Source: Chiloscyllium plagiosum (Eukaryota). From it: a stretch of 64,000 nt of DNA. The translations under genes were made by a program, and so were the position numbers. The notes under the pieces are model-generated. The model did not search any database, was not told the origin of the DNA, and saw only the letters and a list, made by a program, of their open reading frames with translations. Position 1 is the first letter of the stretch. Each line of letters begins with the position of its first letter. Location of the stretch: positions 58,247,704-58,311,703 of the forward strand of contig NC_057718.1 in the NCBI RefSeq assembly GCF_004010195.1. The letters are read 5' to 3'. Shown here piece by piece: positions 62,811 to 64,000 of this stretch.

Positions 62811-64000
62811 GTTCACTTGGCTGTGAGGTAGATGCCAGGAAGTCACACTAGAGAAGAATACCAAGGTACAAACAATATTGTAGTGTAGCTCTAGAATAGG
62901 AAATATTTATTCAGTGGATTCAGCATAAGAGGAAAAATAATAAAGTCTAACTTAGGGTTACAGTACTGTATGTTGTTGTGGGTAAATCACAAGTTACCTT
63001 TACTTCGGCTACTTATTAAGAAATCTCACAATCAATTACTGAAACAATGATCTAAACTTTATTGCATGTAGCAACCAAATAAGACCTCTCAAGTAAACAA
63101 GTTAAACCTCCTAACTTGGCTATTACCTAATTATGGTCGATGTTAGCTGCAATTCTAACCCACAGATGAGTCTCTGGCAGTGTTCAGGGTTTGATCCTTG
63201 TGCAGTGTTGTCTTTCGAAGTCCTGCTGCTGAATTATTCTCATGTCAGATTCTTCTCCAGTTTTTCATCCTTCAGGTTTGTGATGTGATATTATTGATGA
63301 CTCTTTAGATTCTCTCATCCAAAATATTGCAAGTCTACAGCTTGCCTTCTTATCAGAAGTAGCTTCTTTGTTCCTTGTTACATAAAGCTGAACCGTCTGC
63401 TTGAAAACATAGCTTTCCTGCAATTAAACCCAAAACGTTTCTGCAGGGCTTGTAGCAATAAAGCAGTCCATTAACAAGCAGATGTCAAAACAATTTTGCT
63501 TCGATTCCTTCTTTTTCCAGGCATGGTTAATTGCTTTCAATTCTTGTACAAGTTTGTTGTTGTCCCATAATAGTTTATTCCAGAGATATTGCTGCTTCTT
63601 TCCTTGTAAGAGTTTATCTTTGTTGATTATTTCAATCTATGACCAGTTATTAAAGTCTTGAAGTTTATAATATCACAAAGTGAGCATTTATTAGTGTTAT
63701 GAAGCAGATAGCCACATTGACATATGATGCTGTGATAATATCAGAGACCTTGCTCAAATAAAGGGTATGAAATATTCCTGGGTTGGATGGCTCAGGTCTT
63801 CTGATGGGACAATAGTCATTGCAGCAGCTTGGGTTGAAGGTGCATATCAGGACCATGTGGAAATCCCAATGCAGTTGAACCCACTGGAATAGCCTGGGGA
63901 GTTGAAACTCTGATGGGCAATTGCTCAGCATCTGGAATCCTCTGAAAAACTCCCCCAACCCTGAGATAAACTTAGAGACTTTGAATAGTTCCCACCAATC

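Noticed and set aside
62970..64000. Possible LTR followed by an integrase-like remnant
   Set aside because: Too weak to support by eye: no second LTR, PBS or clear catalytic motif within the window

Overview
Repeat-rich eukaryotic DNA, most likely from an elasmobranch (shark/ray); this is inferred from HE1-like V-SINEs paired with CR1/HER1-like LINEs and a Deu-type SINE. I found no intact host protein-coding gene. The window is mostly decayed mobile elements: (1) a Gmr1-type Ty3/gypsy LTR retrotransposon with integrase upstream of RT (3060-8738, minus); (2) a 5'-truncated class I (gamma/epsilon-like) endogenous retrovirus with integrase, env, PPT and 3' LTR (53729-57680, minus); (3) PIF/Harbinger transposase and Myb/SANT relics; (4) many CR1, L2, Rex/Babar and other LINE and SINE fragments; (5) a G-rich ~40-bp minisatellite. 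The most interesting signal is about ten Penelope-like (PLE) terminal-repeat pieces with minimal hammerhead ribozyme motifs (CUGANGA-helix II-GAAA-palindromic ACGU/AGCU). Two of these are near-identical ~220-bp palindromes (16273-16493, 40205-40426) with a hammerhead on each strand, a ~34-nt unpaired tail and 13-14-bp target-site duplications, consistent with a non-autonomous ribozyme-bearing retroelement. All family names come from by-eye motif recognition without database searches, and boundaries of old fragments are approximate.
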